A DNA stretch of 64,000 nucleotides, taken from positions 64,001 through 128,000 of IMG/VR virus record IMGVR_UViG_3300024518_000034; one strand, written 5' to 3'. Positions 42,834 to 50,418 of the stretch are shown one piece after another. Each line of letters opens with the position of its first letter. The stretch's first letter is position 1. The stretch comes from a virus. Under the pieces are notes generated by a model. The model was not told the origin of the DNA and did not search any database. It saw only the letters and a list, made by a program, of their open reading frames with translations. Position numbers and translations under genes: made by a program.

Positions 42834-43549
42834 AAAAAACATTTGTATTAATATTATTAATTTTTACCCTAACAGGGTGTGCAAGTTCTCTTTTTAAAAG
42901 TTTTCCTCTTCAAACTGAGACACCTATTGTTAAAAAAGACTATGTTAAGTTTGTAAAAGTTGGCGATATTCAAATCGCTGATGTTGGGAAAACTAAAACT
43001 GAGACGAACCTCAAACAACAACTGGCTACAGCCTTAAAAAGATATCCTAGGATTACTACAACATATCTGACGGATGTGTGGTTGGTTGAGTCGGCAGATA
43101 AGAGTGGAGATGTATTAGGTAAGTATGTATATAGAGAAAAAGCTATCTACATATCTATAAATGGATACAGTGATAGAGAAATAATTGATACGTTCTATCA
43201 TGAATTAGGTCATGCAATTCATTTAAGTATGACTGTTAAAGCAGAAGACGCATGGTATGCTTTATTTTTAAAGAGATTGAAAGTTTTGGGATATAAGAAG
43301 TCTTTAGGAAAAGATTGGCGAACTGTAAAAGATATAAAAGGGTTTCCAAGCTATTATAGTTTAAAGAGTTTTTGGGAATATTTTGCTGAACATTTCAGAG
43401 TAAGCTCTATGAGATCTGAACATCACAAGAAAATGTTTAAACCAGAACATAAGTTACTTTTGAAACATAAACTATTACCAGTTAAGAAAATTAAAAAAAT
43501 AAAAAATGAGAAGACAAAGCGTAAAAAGAGTTATTGCAGAGCAGCCTAA
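42812..43549 (+). CDS. Zincin metalloprotease-like lipoprotein
   Basis: Lipobox LTGC; HELGH zinc motif; EYFAEHF third-ligand motif. Confidence 0.7.
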   Translation: MEAMAAIKKTFVLILLIFTLTGCASSLFKSFPLQTETPIVKKDYVKFVKVGDIQIADVGKTKTETNLKQQLATALKRYPRITTTYLTDVWLVESADKSGDVLGKYVYREKAIYISINGYSDREIIDTFYHELGHAIHLSMTVKAEDAWYALFLKRLKVLGYKKSLGKDWRTVKDIKGFPSYYSLKSFWEYFAEHFRVSSMRSEHHKKMFKPEHKLLLKHKLLPVKKIKKIKNEKTKRKKSYCRAA

Positions 43550-44762
43550 GGGTCATATTCACTACAACCCTAGGCATGGATCAGTTCCTAGAAAAACTAA
43601 TACTGATGAAGATCAGGAAGTAGTAGAGATGGGGTCTAGAGAGACAGGTATGGGCTCTGAGACTAATAATCAAAGTAGTGAAAATAGAAATACAGGTTTT
43701 CCCTCTTCTTCGAAAAGTGATAGGTCCGTAAAGACGCACGGACATAATAATCCTAAAGTGGACAGTCGCCCCGTCGAAACTTCAAATGAAAAAGGCTCAT
43801 CGACTAGTCAGAGACAGTTGGAGGGGGCAAAAGGCCCTCAGTCGTCAACGAGAGATTGGGATTGGTTTATATATGTTCCAAACAATCATAGCAGAGAATG
43901 TCCAAAATTTTCGTGGATAAATAATCAATGTGAGTGTCCGCCAGGATATCTTGAAGATATGTTTGAAAAAATGCAGCAATGGGAAGAAGGTGGAATGAAA
44001 GGTCCAGACCCTAGGGGTATTATAGGATCTAAAAGAGAAGCTGGAATAATTTGGGTAGAGAATCCAAAAATGCCAGACGGTGGATATTGGGCACACGACC
44101 CAAGTCAAAAAACTGATCCAAATTTTAAACAAGAAAAGGCTGTCACAATTGAGCCACATCCTGGTCTAGAAGGAATTAGAGAACATGAGAGTGAATTTCC
44201 TGGGTATGTTAAAAAAGATACTCCTTTAGAATATAGTGATCTATTAAATAGATTACAGGGGGGAGAAGATATACCATTAAAACAGGAAGCCCTTCATCTT
44301 TGTATAGATGAGAGATTAAGAGGTAACGTCAATTCTATAGTTGAATCATTTGATGATTTAAACTGGGATGATATTGATTCTGTGTCTTATCAACCGATGG
44401 CTGCGGCTGAATCAATTGAAGATTGGCCAACTACGTCAAAAGATGGAATAATGATATACCATGCAGACACCCCATCGAGGCAAGCTCAAGGATTACAGTA
44501 TGTAGAGGAAAATGATTTCCCTAAGAATGCTGTCATGTTGTTCAAAAATGCTTCTGGACCTTTCCATATGCATAACTGCAGATTCCCTATTGATATTATA
44601 TTTACTGATGACGATTTCAGAGTGTTAGCGATTCATAACATGATTCCTGAAGGTGGATATACATATTCGCCTATGGGGACAAAACACGCAGTTGAAACAC
44701 ATCCTGATTGGGCTGAAAATAAGGGAATTAGCGAAGGTGATATCTTATTTAAAGATGAATAA
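43506..44762 (+). CDS. Disordered protein with C-terminal DUF192 domain
   Basis: QGLQY-VMLF-FHMHNCRFPIDIIF-HAVET-GISEGD. Confidence 0.75.
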   Translation: MRRQSVKRVIAEQPKGHIHYNPRHGSVPRKTNTDEDQEVVEMGSRETGMGSETNNQSSENRNTGFPSSSKSDRSVKTHGHNNPKVDSRPVETSNEKGSSTSQRQLEGAKGPQSSTRDWDWFIYVPNNHSRECPKFSWINNQCECPPGYLEDMFEKMQQWEEGGMKGPDPRGIIGSKREAGIIWVENPKMPDGGYWAHDPSQKTDPNFKQEKAVTIEPHPGLEGIREHESEFPGYVKKDTPLEYSDLLNRLQGGEDIPLKQEALHLCIDERLRGNVNSIVESFDDLNWDDIDSVSYQPMAAAESIEDWPTTSKDGIMIYHADTPSRQAQGLQYVEENDFPKNAVMLFKNASGPFHMHNCRFPIDIIFTDDDFRVLAIHNMIPEGGYTYSPMGTKHAVETHPDWAENKGISEGDILFKDE

Positions 44763-44891
44763 ACCCTACCTTAAACCGCTTAAGTACGACCAAGGGAGTA
44801 GTCCCTTGTGCCATTCGTGTGGTAAAAAAACTTGGAACTTCGCTACCGTAGTCTAGCCTAACAAGCAGGCGTCACGAACTGGTGTGCCCAT

Positions 44892-44921
44892 AGTGCCCAA
44901 CACTGTGGGCACTTTTTTTTT
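44892..44921 (+). terminator. Rho-independent terminator
   Basis: AGTGCCCA-ACACTG-TGGGCACT followed by a T run. Confidence 0.85.
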
Positions 44922-44931
44922 GAAAAAAGTT

Positions 44932-44959
44932 TTGACAAGGGTTGGAATTGTGGTATAGT
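44932..44959 (+). promoter_or_regulatory. Sigma70-type promoter for the tRNA region
   Basis: TTGACA-16 nt-TATAGT with extended -10 TG. Confidence 0.8.
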
Positions 44960-44978
44960 AGTAATACGTTAATAAGAC

Positions 44979-45052
44979 GCCTCCGTAACTCAATTAGGTA
45001 GAGTACCCGCCTTTTAAGCGGCACAGTCTTGGTTCGATTCCAAGCGGAGGTA
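44979..45052 (+). tRNA. tRNA-Lys(TTT)
   Basis: GCCTCCG/CGGAGGT acceptor, loop CTTTTAA, TTCGATT; no encoded CCA. Confidence 0.9.
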
Positions 45053-45074
45053 TAAGAAAAGGGAGGGTAGTAAT

Positions 45075-45455
45075 TTGGCAAAGCAAAAATATAGGTTGAC
45101 ACCACCAACAATTCATCGTAAGATTAGAGACGAGAAGAGAACGGTGGCGTCAGAGAAGTATGGCAAGAAGACTAAGTATCGTATTGGTTTTGTACAAAGA
45201 GAAACAGTAGCAGGATTAGTTAAGCATATTTATATTGATCCTCGCCCAGTAAGAGATGAACCTGGAGTTTTCACAAGTACAGAAGCTTACATTACTCAAA
45301 GTAATCATTTGGATACTAAGTTTAGTGATGTAACTAAAACACCAACTGGTAAGGTTTTCTTCAGATGGATCGATAGGCAGACGTTAAGATCTTTAAGAAG
45401 AAAGATGACTTGGGCCGGTATAAAATTAGTAAAAAAGCAAACAGTAACAGTTTAA
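45075..45455 (+). CDS. Hypothetical basic protein
   Basis: TTG start with SD GGGAGG. Confidence 0.65.
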   Translation: MAKQKYRLTPPTIHRKIRDEKRTVASEKYGKKTKYRIGFVQRETVAGLVKHIYIDPRPVRDEPGVFTSTEAYITQSNHLDTKFSDVTKTPTGKVFFRWIDRQTLRSLRRKMTWAGIKLVKKQTVTV

Positions 45456-45458
45456 TAT

Positions 45459-45551
45459 AACGTGCAGCGCACAGGTTGCGGGCTAATTGGGAGTCTAGTG
45501 GCAGATGCAGAAGCGGTAAACCCAATGGATCTGAAACTACAAGTACACGTT
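45459..45551 (+). ncRNA. Candidate pseudoknotted structured RNA
   Basis: AACGT/ACGTT closing stem; GCAGC/GTTGC hairpin; crossing helices ATTGGG/CCCAAT and TAGT-CAGAT/ATCTG-ACTA. Confidence 0.45.
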
Positions 45552-45552
45552 A

Positions 45553-45622
45553 AATATTACCGAGCGGTAAAAAGGAGTAGCAAAAGCGGCTGAAGTCGGT
45601 ATAATATTACCGAGCGGTAAAA
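45553..45622 (+). repeat. Two exact 20-nt palindromic direct repeats with a 30-nt spacer
   Basis: AATATTACCGAGCGGTAAAA at 45553 and 45603; core AGCGGTAAA also at 45512. Confidence 0.85.
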
Positions 45623-45661
45623 TTAGTCGCTTATCAAGACAGCCTGGAAAGACAGGCAACT

Positions 45662-45734
45662 GGGAACGTAACTTAATTGGCAAAGCACCTGACTCTTAAT
45701 CAGAGAGATGGAGGTTCAAGTCCTCCCGTTCCTA
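45662..45734 (+). tRNA. tRNA-Lys(CTT)
   Basis: GGGAACG/CGTTCCT, loop CTCTTAA, GGAGG-TTCAAGT-CCTCC. Confidence 0.9.
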
Positions 45735-45747
45735 TTAGAAACAAAAT

Positions 45748-45820
45748 GCCCTGCTTGCTGGATTGCAGACTAGGGACTTCTAATCCTTAAGACCATGTTC
45801 GATTCATGGGTGGGGTGCCA
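45748..45820 (+). tRNA. tRNA-Arg(TCT), shortened D-arm
   Basis: Loop CTTCTAA, CCATG-TTCGATT-CATGG, encoded CCA. Confidence 0.75.
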
Positions 45821-45933
45821 GATATGAAAAGCACATTGGAAAGAATTAACGTAAAGAAACTTTTAGAGTTTTGCAATAAGTTATTTGGGCCAAAGGTTGC
45901 AAAAGAAATGGAAGCTTTGAATAAGAAAAAGAT

Positions 45934-46008
45934 GGAGAGGAAGTCAAATGGATAGACGCTGTTCTGATACGACAGTTTCAGCAGGTTCGATTCCTGCCCT
46001 CTCTACCA
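45934..46008 (+). tRNA. tRNA-Ile(GAT)
   Basis: GGAGAGG/CCTCTCT, loop CTGATAC, CCA. Confidence 0.9.
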
Positions 46009-46057
46009 TAATTGTGTATAGAATATAACTAAAATACACTATAGTACTTATAATAGG

Positions 46058-46303
46058 GTGAAGAAAATGAGTAGGTCATATAGAAAGACTCCAATTTGTG
46101 GAAACACAAAAGCGGAATCTGAAAAAGAAGATAAAAAGATTGCAAATAGAAGTTTTAGAAGAAAAACTAAAATGCAATTAATTAACTCAGATGAGGAACT
46201 TCTCTTTAACATAAGACAAGTTTGTGATGGACGAGGATATTATTCCAAGGACGGCAAACAGTGGATTGACAAAGAGGAACATCCTGATATAATGAGGAAG
46301 TAG
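46058..46303 (+). CDS. Small basic hypothetical protein
   Basis: MSRSYRKTP-DKKIANRSFRR. Confidence 0.65.
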   Translation: MKKMSRSYRKTPICGNTKAESEKEDKKIANRSFRRKTKMQLINSDEELLFNIRQVCDGRGYYSKDGKQWIDKEEHPDIMRK

Positions 46304-46310
46304 TAAAGAA

Positions 46311-46386
46311 GGCGGTATAGCCCAACGGCAGAGGCAGCAGGTTCAAATTCTGTACAGTCTAGGTTCGAATCCTAGTATCGCTACCA
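46311..46386 (+). tRNA. tRNA-Leu(CAA) with short variable loop
   Basis: GGCGGTA/TATCGCT, loop TTCAAAT, 5-nt variable ACAGT, CCA. Confidence 0.85.
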
Positions 46387-46477
46387 AGATTCGCAAAGGG
46401 ACTCCCCGATGATGGAGATAATGTTTCATTTTTAAAATGATAGAAGTAAATTAATTAGAAGTAAAAAGTTATAACTC

Positions 46478-46507
46478 GCGGCTAAGTTTGCAAGCTTGGC
46501 CGCACCA
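46478..46507 (+). other. tRNA-minihelix-like hairpin ending in ACCA
   Basis: 11-bp stem GCGGCTAAGTT/AGCTTGGCCGC with TGCA loop, then ACCA. Confidence 0.5.
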
Positions 46508-46508
46508 A

Positions 46509-46591
46509 CCAGAGACTAGGCATCGGTGAGCCCAGCGGTCTGTAAAACCGCCGTGAAAACTGTGGGTGTTCGAATCACCCTCTCTGGACCA
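46509..46591 (+). tRNA. tRNA-Tyr(GTA) with C1-G72
   Basis: CCAGAGA/TCTCTGG, loop CTGTAAA, 12-nt variable arm, CCA. Confidence 0.88.
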
Positions 46592-46666
46592 TTATTACAT
46601 GTGATGTATATCGACAGGTTTGTGAGGACGACACCTGGCTTAATCAAAAAAATCATCCTTATTTAT

Positions 46667-46741
46667 GGGCCTATCATCTAAAGGTTAAGATACCGGACTG
46701 TCGATCCGGCGATTGGGGTTCGATTCCCCATAGGCTCGCCA
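46667..46741 (+). tRNA. tRNA-Asp(GTC)
   Basis: GGGCCTA/TAGGCTC, loop CTGTCGA, GCCA. Confidence 0.93.
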
Positions 46742-46786
46742 GACAGGTTTTTCGGTTGTTCCTGTATAAATAAAACTCCGATTTAT

Positions 46787-46863
46787 GTCCCACTAGCCCA
46801 ACTGGCAGAGGTAAGCGGCTTAAACCCGTAACAGTCTAGGTTCGAATCCTAGGTGGGATACCA
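46787..46863 (+). tRNA. tRNA-Leu(TAA) with short variable loop
   Basis: GTCCCAC/GTGGGAT, loop CTTAAAC, variable ACAGT, CCA. Confidence 0.85.
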
Positions 46864-46915
46864 GCAAAATTTAAACGGCTTAACAATATGTACAACTTGA
46901 AGGGGGTGTCAGAAA

Positions 46916-47887
46916 ATGAAGTATAAACTGATGAATAGGAGGAACCGAGTGTACCAAAAACAGCTAGATTTAACTTTATCTGGTACTGGCCCTGTAAGAT
47001 TTCCAGCGTGGGTTGGCGTTCTAAGATATATAGAAGAAAGAGGATACCATATACGTAGACTTGCCGGTACATCGGGTGGCGCATTAGTTGGCGGTTTATA
47101 CGCGGCTGGGATGTCAGTAGACGACTTGGAAAGTGTTCTACTTAAAACAGATTATTCGGATTTCGCTAGGACTAGTTGGTGGAGAGTAGCAAAAGCTATT
47201 GCTTGGCCAAAAGCTTTTGGTGGCGGCTATATGAATAACGGGTATAAGTTAGAAAAGTTTCTACATGGTCTTATTGGAAAGAAATCTTTTAAACACGCAA
47301 AAGGATTACATATATTTACTACAGATATGTGTAATGGCGTATCTAAGATTTTTAATTGGAAAGATGACTATCATTATTCAATAGCTAAGGCTATTCGAGC
47401 AAGTATTTCTTTACCTATCATCTGGAATGGTGTACCATATAAGTACAAAAAGGGACACAGAGTGAAGGGGATAAAGAGAAGAAGAACTGTTTTGATGGAT
47501 GGCGGTTTAAGAAACAATTTTCCAATTGATTACTTTGAACCAACAGATTTGGATGTAATAAGTGGAAAGAAAGTCCCACTTGTTGGGTTTACAATTGAGC
47601 ATGATTTTTGTACAATTAAAGAACAGTATTCGTTTAAGGATATTGGTGGATCAGTTATTTCAAATATGATCGGAGCAGCAGATCGAAAATATGAGGAAGA
47701 CAGTAAAGGAAATTACATAATGTTGACTCATGGCGATCTGGATGATGGAAACCCTTACGAGTTTGATATAAATAATAGCGTAAAGGCAAAGTGGATTGAA
47801 GCAGGGTATAAGGTAGCAAGAGATAACTGGGGCGATTTAATTAATACCTCAGAAAAAGAGGTTGACAAACCTGTTGCTCAGAGATAA
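46916..47887 (+). CDS. Patatin-like phospholipase
   Basis: LAGTSGG (GxSxG), IRASISLP, MDGG catalytic Asp. Confidence 0.88.
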   Translation: MKYKLMNRRNRVYQKQLDLTLSGTGPVRFPAWVGVLRYIEERGYHIRRLAGTSGGALVGGLYAAGMSVDDLESVLLKTDYSDFARTSWWRVAKAIAWPKAFGGGYMNNGYKLEKFLHGLIGKKSFKHAKGLHIFTTDMCNGVSKIFNWKDDYHYSIAKAIRASISLPIIWNGVPYKYKKGHRVKGIKRRRTVLMDGGLRNNFPIDYFEPTDLDVISGKKVPLVGFTIEHDFCTIKEQYSFKDIGGSVISNMIGAADRKYEEDSKGNYIMLTHGDLDDGNPYEFDINNSVKAKWIEAGYKVARDNWGDLINTSEKEVDKPVAQR

Positions 47888-47890
47888 CAT
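47862..47890 (+). promoter_or_regulatory. Sigma70-type promoter
   Basis: TTGACA-17 nt-TAACAT. Confidence 0.65.
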
Positions 47891-47954
47891 AGTACTAGAG
47901 GTTAAAATTTAAGGGAAAATTTGGTTTGCTTTTTAGCAGAAAGGAAGTTTAGTT

Positions 47955-48548
47955 ATGACAGAAATGGAATTGTTTGTAAGAAGTTTGCTTCATCATGGTG
48001 CTGATTTCATGGTTGGTATGAAGGGGCAGGATTCGAAGCAGTTGGCGGTAAAGATTGGTACGATTGCTGCGGTTTTGGTAGGTATTTATTTGAGTAAGAA
48101 AGTTTGGGGCGGATATCGTCGTAACTTTAGCTTTTCTAAGAAACTGGTTTACGTTGGATCGAAGAAGTTGGCAGTTGAAGGCGGTTGGGGCGGAATGCTC
48201 TTGCTTCCAACAGCAGTCGTAGAAACTGTTTTGGTTCCGCTGTATCTCCTTCTAGGTTGCTTCTCGCCTCGTAGCGATGAAGAAAAGCAGAAGATGCTAA
48301 ATCAGGATAAGGATGTTGTTAAGACTCTTGATCGCCACAGCGGTCTTCAGGAAAATCTAAACGAACGTCTTATGGAGTCTGAAGATAAGGTTGCAGATCT
48401 GGAAGCACACATTAAGAGATTGACAGATAGTGTGGGCAAAGTTCTTTCAGAAGTAAAGAAGAACAGACAGGACGCTCCAACTAGACGTATCGCAAGACCA
48501 GCAGCAAAGCAGTATAGCGATTATCAGTACGCTGATAACGATATGTAA
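47955..48548 (+). CDS. Membrane protein with C-terminal coiled coil
   Basis: Two hydrophobic segments followed by heptads. Confidence 0.7.
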   Translation: MTEMELFVRSLLHHGADFMVGMKGQDSKQLAVKIGTIAAVLVGIYLSKKVWGGYRRNFSFSKKLVYVGSKKLAVEGGWGGMLLLPTAVVETVLVPLYLLLGCFSPRSDEEKQKMLNQDKDVVKTLDRHSGLQENLNERLMESEDKVADLEAHIKRLTDSVGKVLSEVKKNRQDAPTRRIARPAAKQYSDYQYADNDM

Positions 48549-48581
48549 GAAACAAATAGCCTAAGAAATTAGGCTATCTTA

Positions 48582-48654
48582 GGCCCTGTAGTTTACTTGG
48601 TAAGAACGCCAGGCTTTCACCCTGGAAGATCGGGTTCGAATCCCGGCAGGGTCA
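48582..48654 (+). tRNA. tRNA-Glu(TTC)
   Basis: GGCCCTG/CAGGGTC, loop CTTTCAC. Confidence 0.9.
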
Positions 48655-48685
48655 TTATTTTTTAAACATTGGCAGAGGGTATAAA

Positions 48686-49129
48686 ATGAAAACTTGTATT
48701 ATTATTGCTGGACTACCAGGAAGTGGTAAAAGTAGTCTAGCAAGAATTTTAGCTAGTATGTTTAGTTTCAACACTAAAATAATTTGTACTGATGATTATT
48801 TTGTAAATGAAGAAACTGGAGAATATGAATTCGATGTTAAGGATTTACATCGAAACCACAATAAAGCATTTAATGACTTTAAGAAGGCGGTACTTGGAAG
48901 AGGTATTGAGTATCATACAGTTATAGTATCAAACACTTGTACCCAAACTTGGGAATACAAGAGATACGAAGATTTTGCAAAAGAAAATGGATTTATAGTA
49001 TTTCCTGTTATTGTAAGAAAGAACAAAGAACAAGTTTATAAGAATTTGCATGGTGTTCCAGATGAAGTGGTGGATAAAATGCAAGCAAGACTTGTTCAAG
49101 ATTTCGTAACACCGAAATTGAAGAGATAA
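48686..49129 (+). CDS. P-loop kinase (AAA_33 / polynucleotide-kinase-like)
   Basis: GLPGSGKS, ICTDDYF, IVSNT, HGVP-VDKM. Confidence 0.85.
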   Translation: MKTCIIIAGLPGSGKSSLARILASMFSFNTKIICTDDYFVNEETGEYEFDVKDLHRNHNKAFNDFKKAVLGRGIEYHTVIVSNTCTQTWEYKRYEDFAKENGFIVFPVIVRKNKEQVYKNLHGVPDEVVDKMQARLVQDFVTPKLKR

Positions 49130-49132
49130 ACT

Positions 49133-49199
49133 GGGCGACCCCATGGTGGGACAGTGGACTTACATTCCATTAGATCAGGTTCGATTCCTGGGTGGCCTA
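49133..49199 (+). tRNA. Degenerate tRNA-Val(TAC), possible pseudo-tRNA
   Basis: GTGGA-CTTACAT-TCCAT, T-arm TTCGATT; only 67 nt, C8, truncated D-arm, acceptor mismatch. Confidence 0.55.
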
Positions 49200-49235
49200 T
49201 TACCAGAGGTATAAACGTAAACGTAACCAGCATGA

Positions 49236-49349
49236 GTTTGACGAGTGAAGGCGTTAACCGTAAAGCGGCGAACCGGTACGAAGTCGCACGCCACAACGGG
49301 GCAGGGAATAGTGTGAAATATGTGTGCGTGACGATCAGGAGAGACTGAT
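49236..49349 (+). ncRNA. Candidate structured RNA between tRNA-Val and tRNA-Thr
   Basis: GTC-GCACGC/GTGTGC-GAC stem, CCG-TAAAG-CGG, ATCAG-GAGAGA-CTGAT hairpin. Confidence 0.4.
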
Positions 49350-49355
49350 AGGTTT

Positions 49356-49431
49356 GCCCCTGTAGCATAATTGGCAGTGCAGCACTTTTGTAATGTGCAG
49401 ATTCCGGGTTCGAATCCTGGCAGGGGCTCCA
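49356..49431 (+). tRNA. tRNA-Thr(TGT)
   Basis: GCCCCTG/CAGGGGC, loop TTTGTAA, CCA. Confidence 0.9.
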
Positions 49432-49446
49432 GAGGGGGGCAAAAAA

Positions 49447-49836
49447 ATGAAAGTAAAGGTGTATTTAAAAAATAATGATCCTGAACTAGAAGAGGTTCTA
49501 GAGATGGAAAACATTAGACCGGAAAGCGTAATAGGCTTTAAAAGTATGCAAATCTTTGCTGCAACCGGAATGATGTCATTTACAACGCTAGATGGGACAA
49601 GGTGGGAAATCATTCCGAGAGAAATGATTGAAAGAATAACTTGTATACTGGATGACGATATCTCAGACAACACCGGAATGCCTTCCATTGAAGAAATTAG
49701 TGATGATGACATGGAAGAGTTTGAAATTGATATACCGGACGTTGACATTATAGATGGACAAGAAGAGATGGATTTTCTGCTAGGTGGAGATCTAGAGATT
49801 CAAACAGAAGAGGGCGATGAAGAAACTGCAGAGTAA
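49447..49836 (+). CDS. Hypothetical protein with acidic tail
   Basis: ATG 49447 after a G-rich SD; the longer track start overlaps tRNA-Thr. Confidence 0.7.
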   Translation: MKVKVYLKNNDPELEEVLEMENIRPESVIGFKSMQIFAATGMMSFTTLDGTRWEIIPREMIERITCILDDDISDNTGMPSIEEISDDDMEEFEIDIPDVDIIDGQEEMDFLLGGDLEIQTEEGDEETAE

Positions 49837-50071
49837 GATTTTTATCATAGTACTGATTTTAATGCTTGCATTTGGATCAGGATGTGGTAGTATAGCATAT
49901 AGGCACCATAATAAGGGTGCAGATATACCATACGGCGGAACGATGTTAATTATTTATTGGTCGGCACTATCATTAAATCCATTTATTTTAATAGATTTGC
50001 CGGGTAGTTTTCTTGTAGACACAATATTACTTCCAAGAGACATTATATTAATGAATAGGGGAAAAAGATGA
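49817..50071 (+). CDS. YceK/YidQ-family lipoprotein
   Basis: Lipobox GSGCGS; PYGGT-IDLPGSFLVDTILLP. Confidence 0.8.
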   Translation: MKKLQSKIFIIVLILMLAFGSGCGSIAYRHHNKGADIPYGGTMLIIYWSALSLNPFILIDLPGSFLVDTILLPRDIILMNRGKR

Positions 50072-50412
50072 ATAAAGAAGTAGCTAAGAAATTTGGGAAA
50101 AGTGGATTGTTTTGCGGATTGGTGCTTTTGGCTGGTACTATAGTTTATGAAGTCGGTGATCGCATTCATCATCATGTGACTAGAACTGTGCAGGAAAAAG
50201 AAGCAGACATGAGAGCAGATTATCGCATCGTATATGATGGTGAGTATTATGCTGCACAAAAATATAGATCTGCTGAAGGGTGGTATTTTATAAATCTTTG
50301 GAATGGTGAAAACCACCAGAAATTTTATAAAGATAAGGTGAAAGTAAAAAAGGCTTTAGAAGTTCGTTTGCACGAACTGCATCCAGATATTTTCTTTAAG
50401 CCCGTTAAGTAG
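50068..50412 (+). CDS. Single-TM hypothetical protein
   Basis: N-terminal TM segment. Confidence 0.65.
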   Translation: MNKEVAKKFGKSGLFCGLVLLAGTIVYEVGDRIHHHVTRTVQEKEADMRADYRIVYDGEYYAAQKYRSAEGWYFINLWNGENHQKFYKDKVKVKKALEVRLHELHPDIFFKPVK

Positions 50413-50418
50413 CAAGAG

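Noticed and set aside
45553-45622. Canonical CRISPR array
   Set aside because: Only two exact 20-nt repeats, no cas genes, no CRISPR-like 3' end; kept only as an unassigned repeat
46387-46507. tmRNA
   Set aside because: No GGGG 5' end, G3-U70 pair, T-arm or tag ORF
49393-49446. Track start for the 147 aa ORF, and ORFs 46836-47084 and 49154-49348
   Set aside because: They overlap tRNA genes or structured RNA
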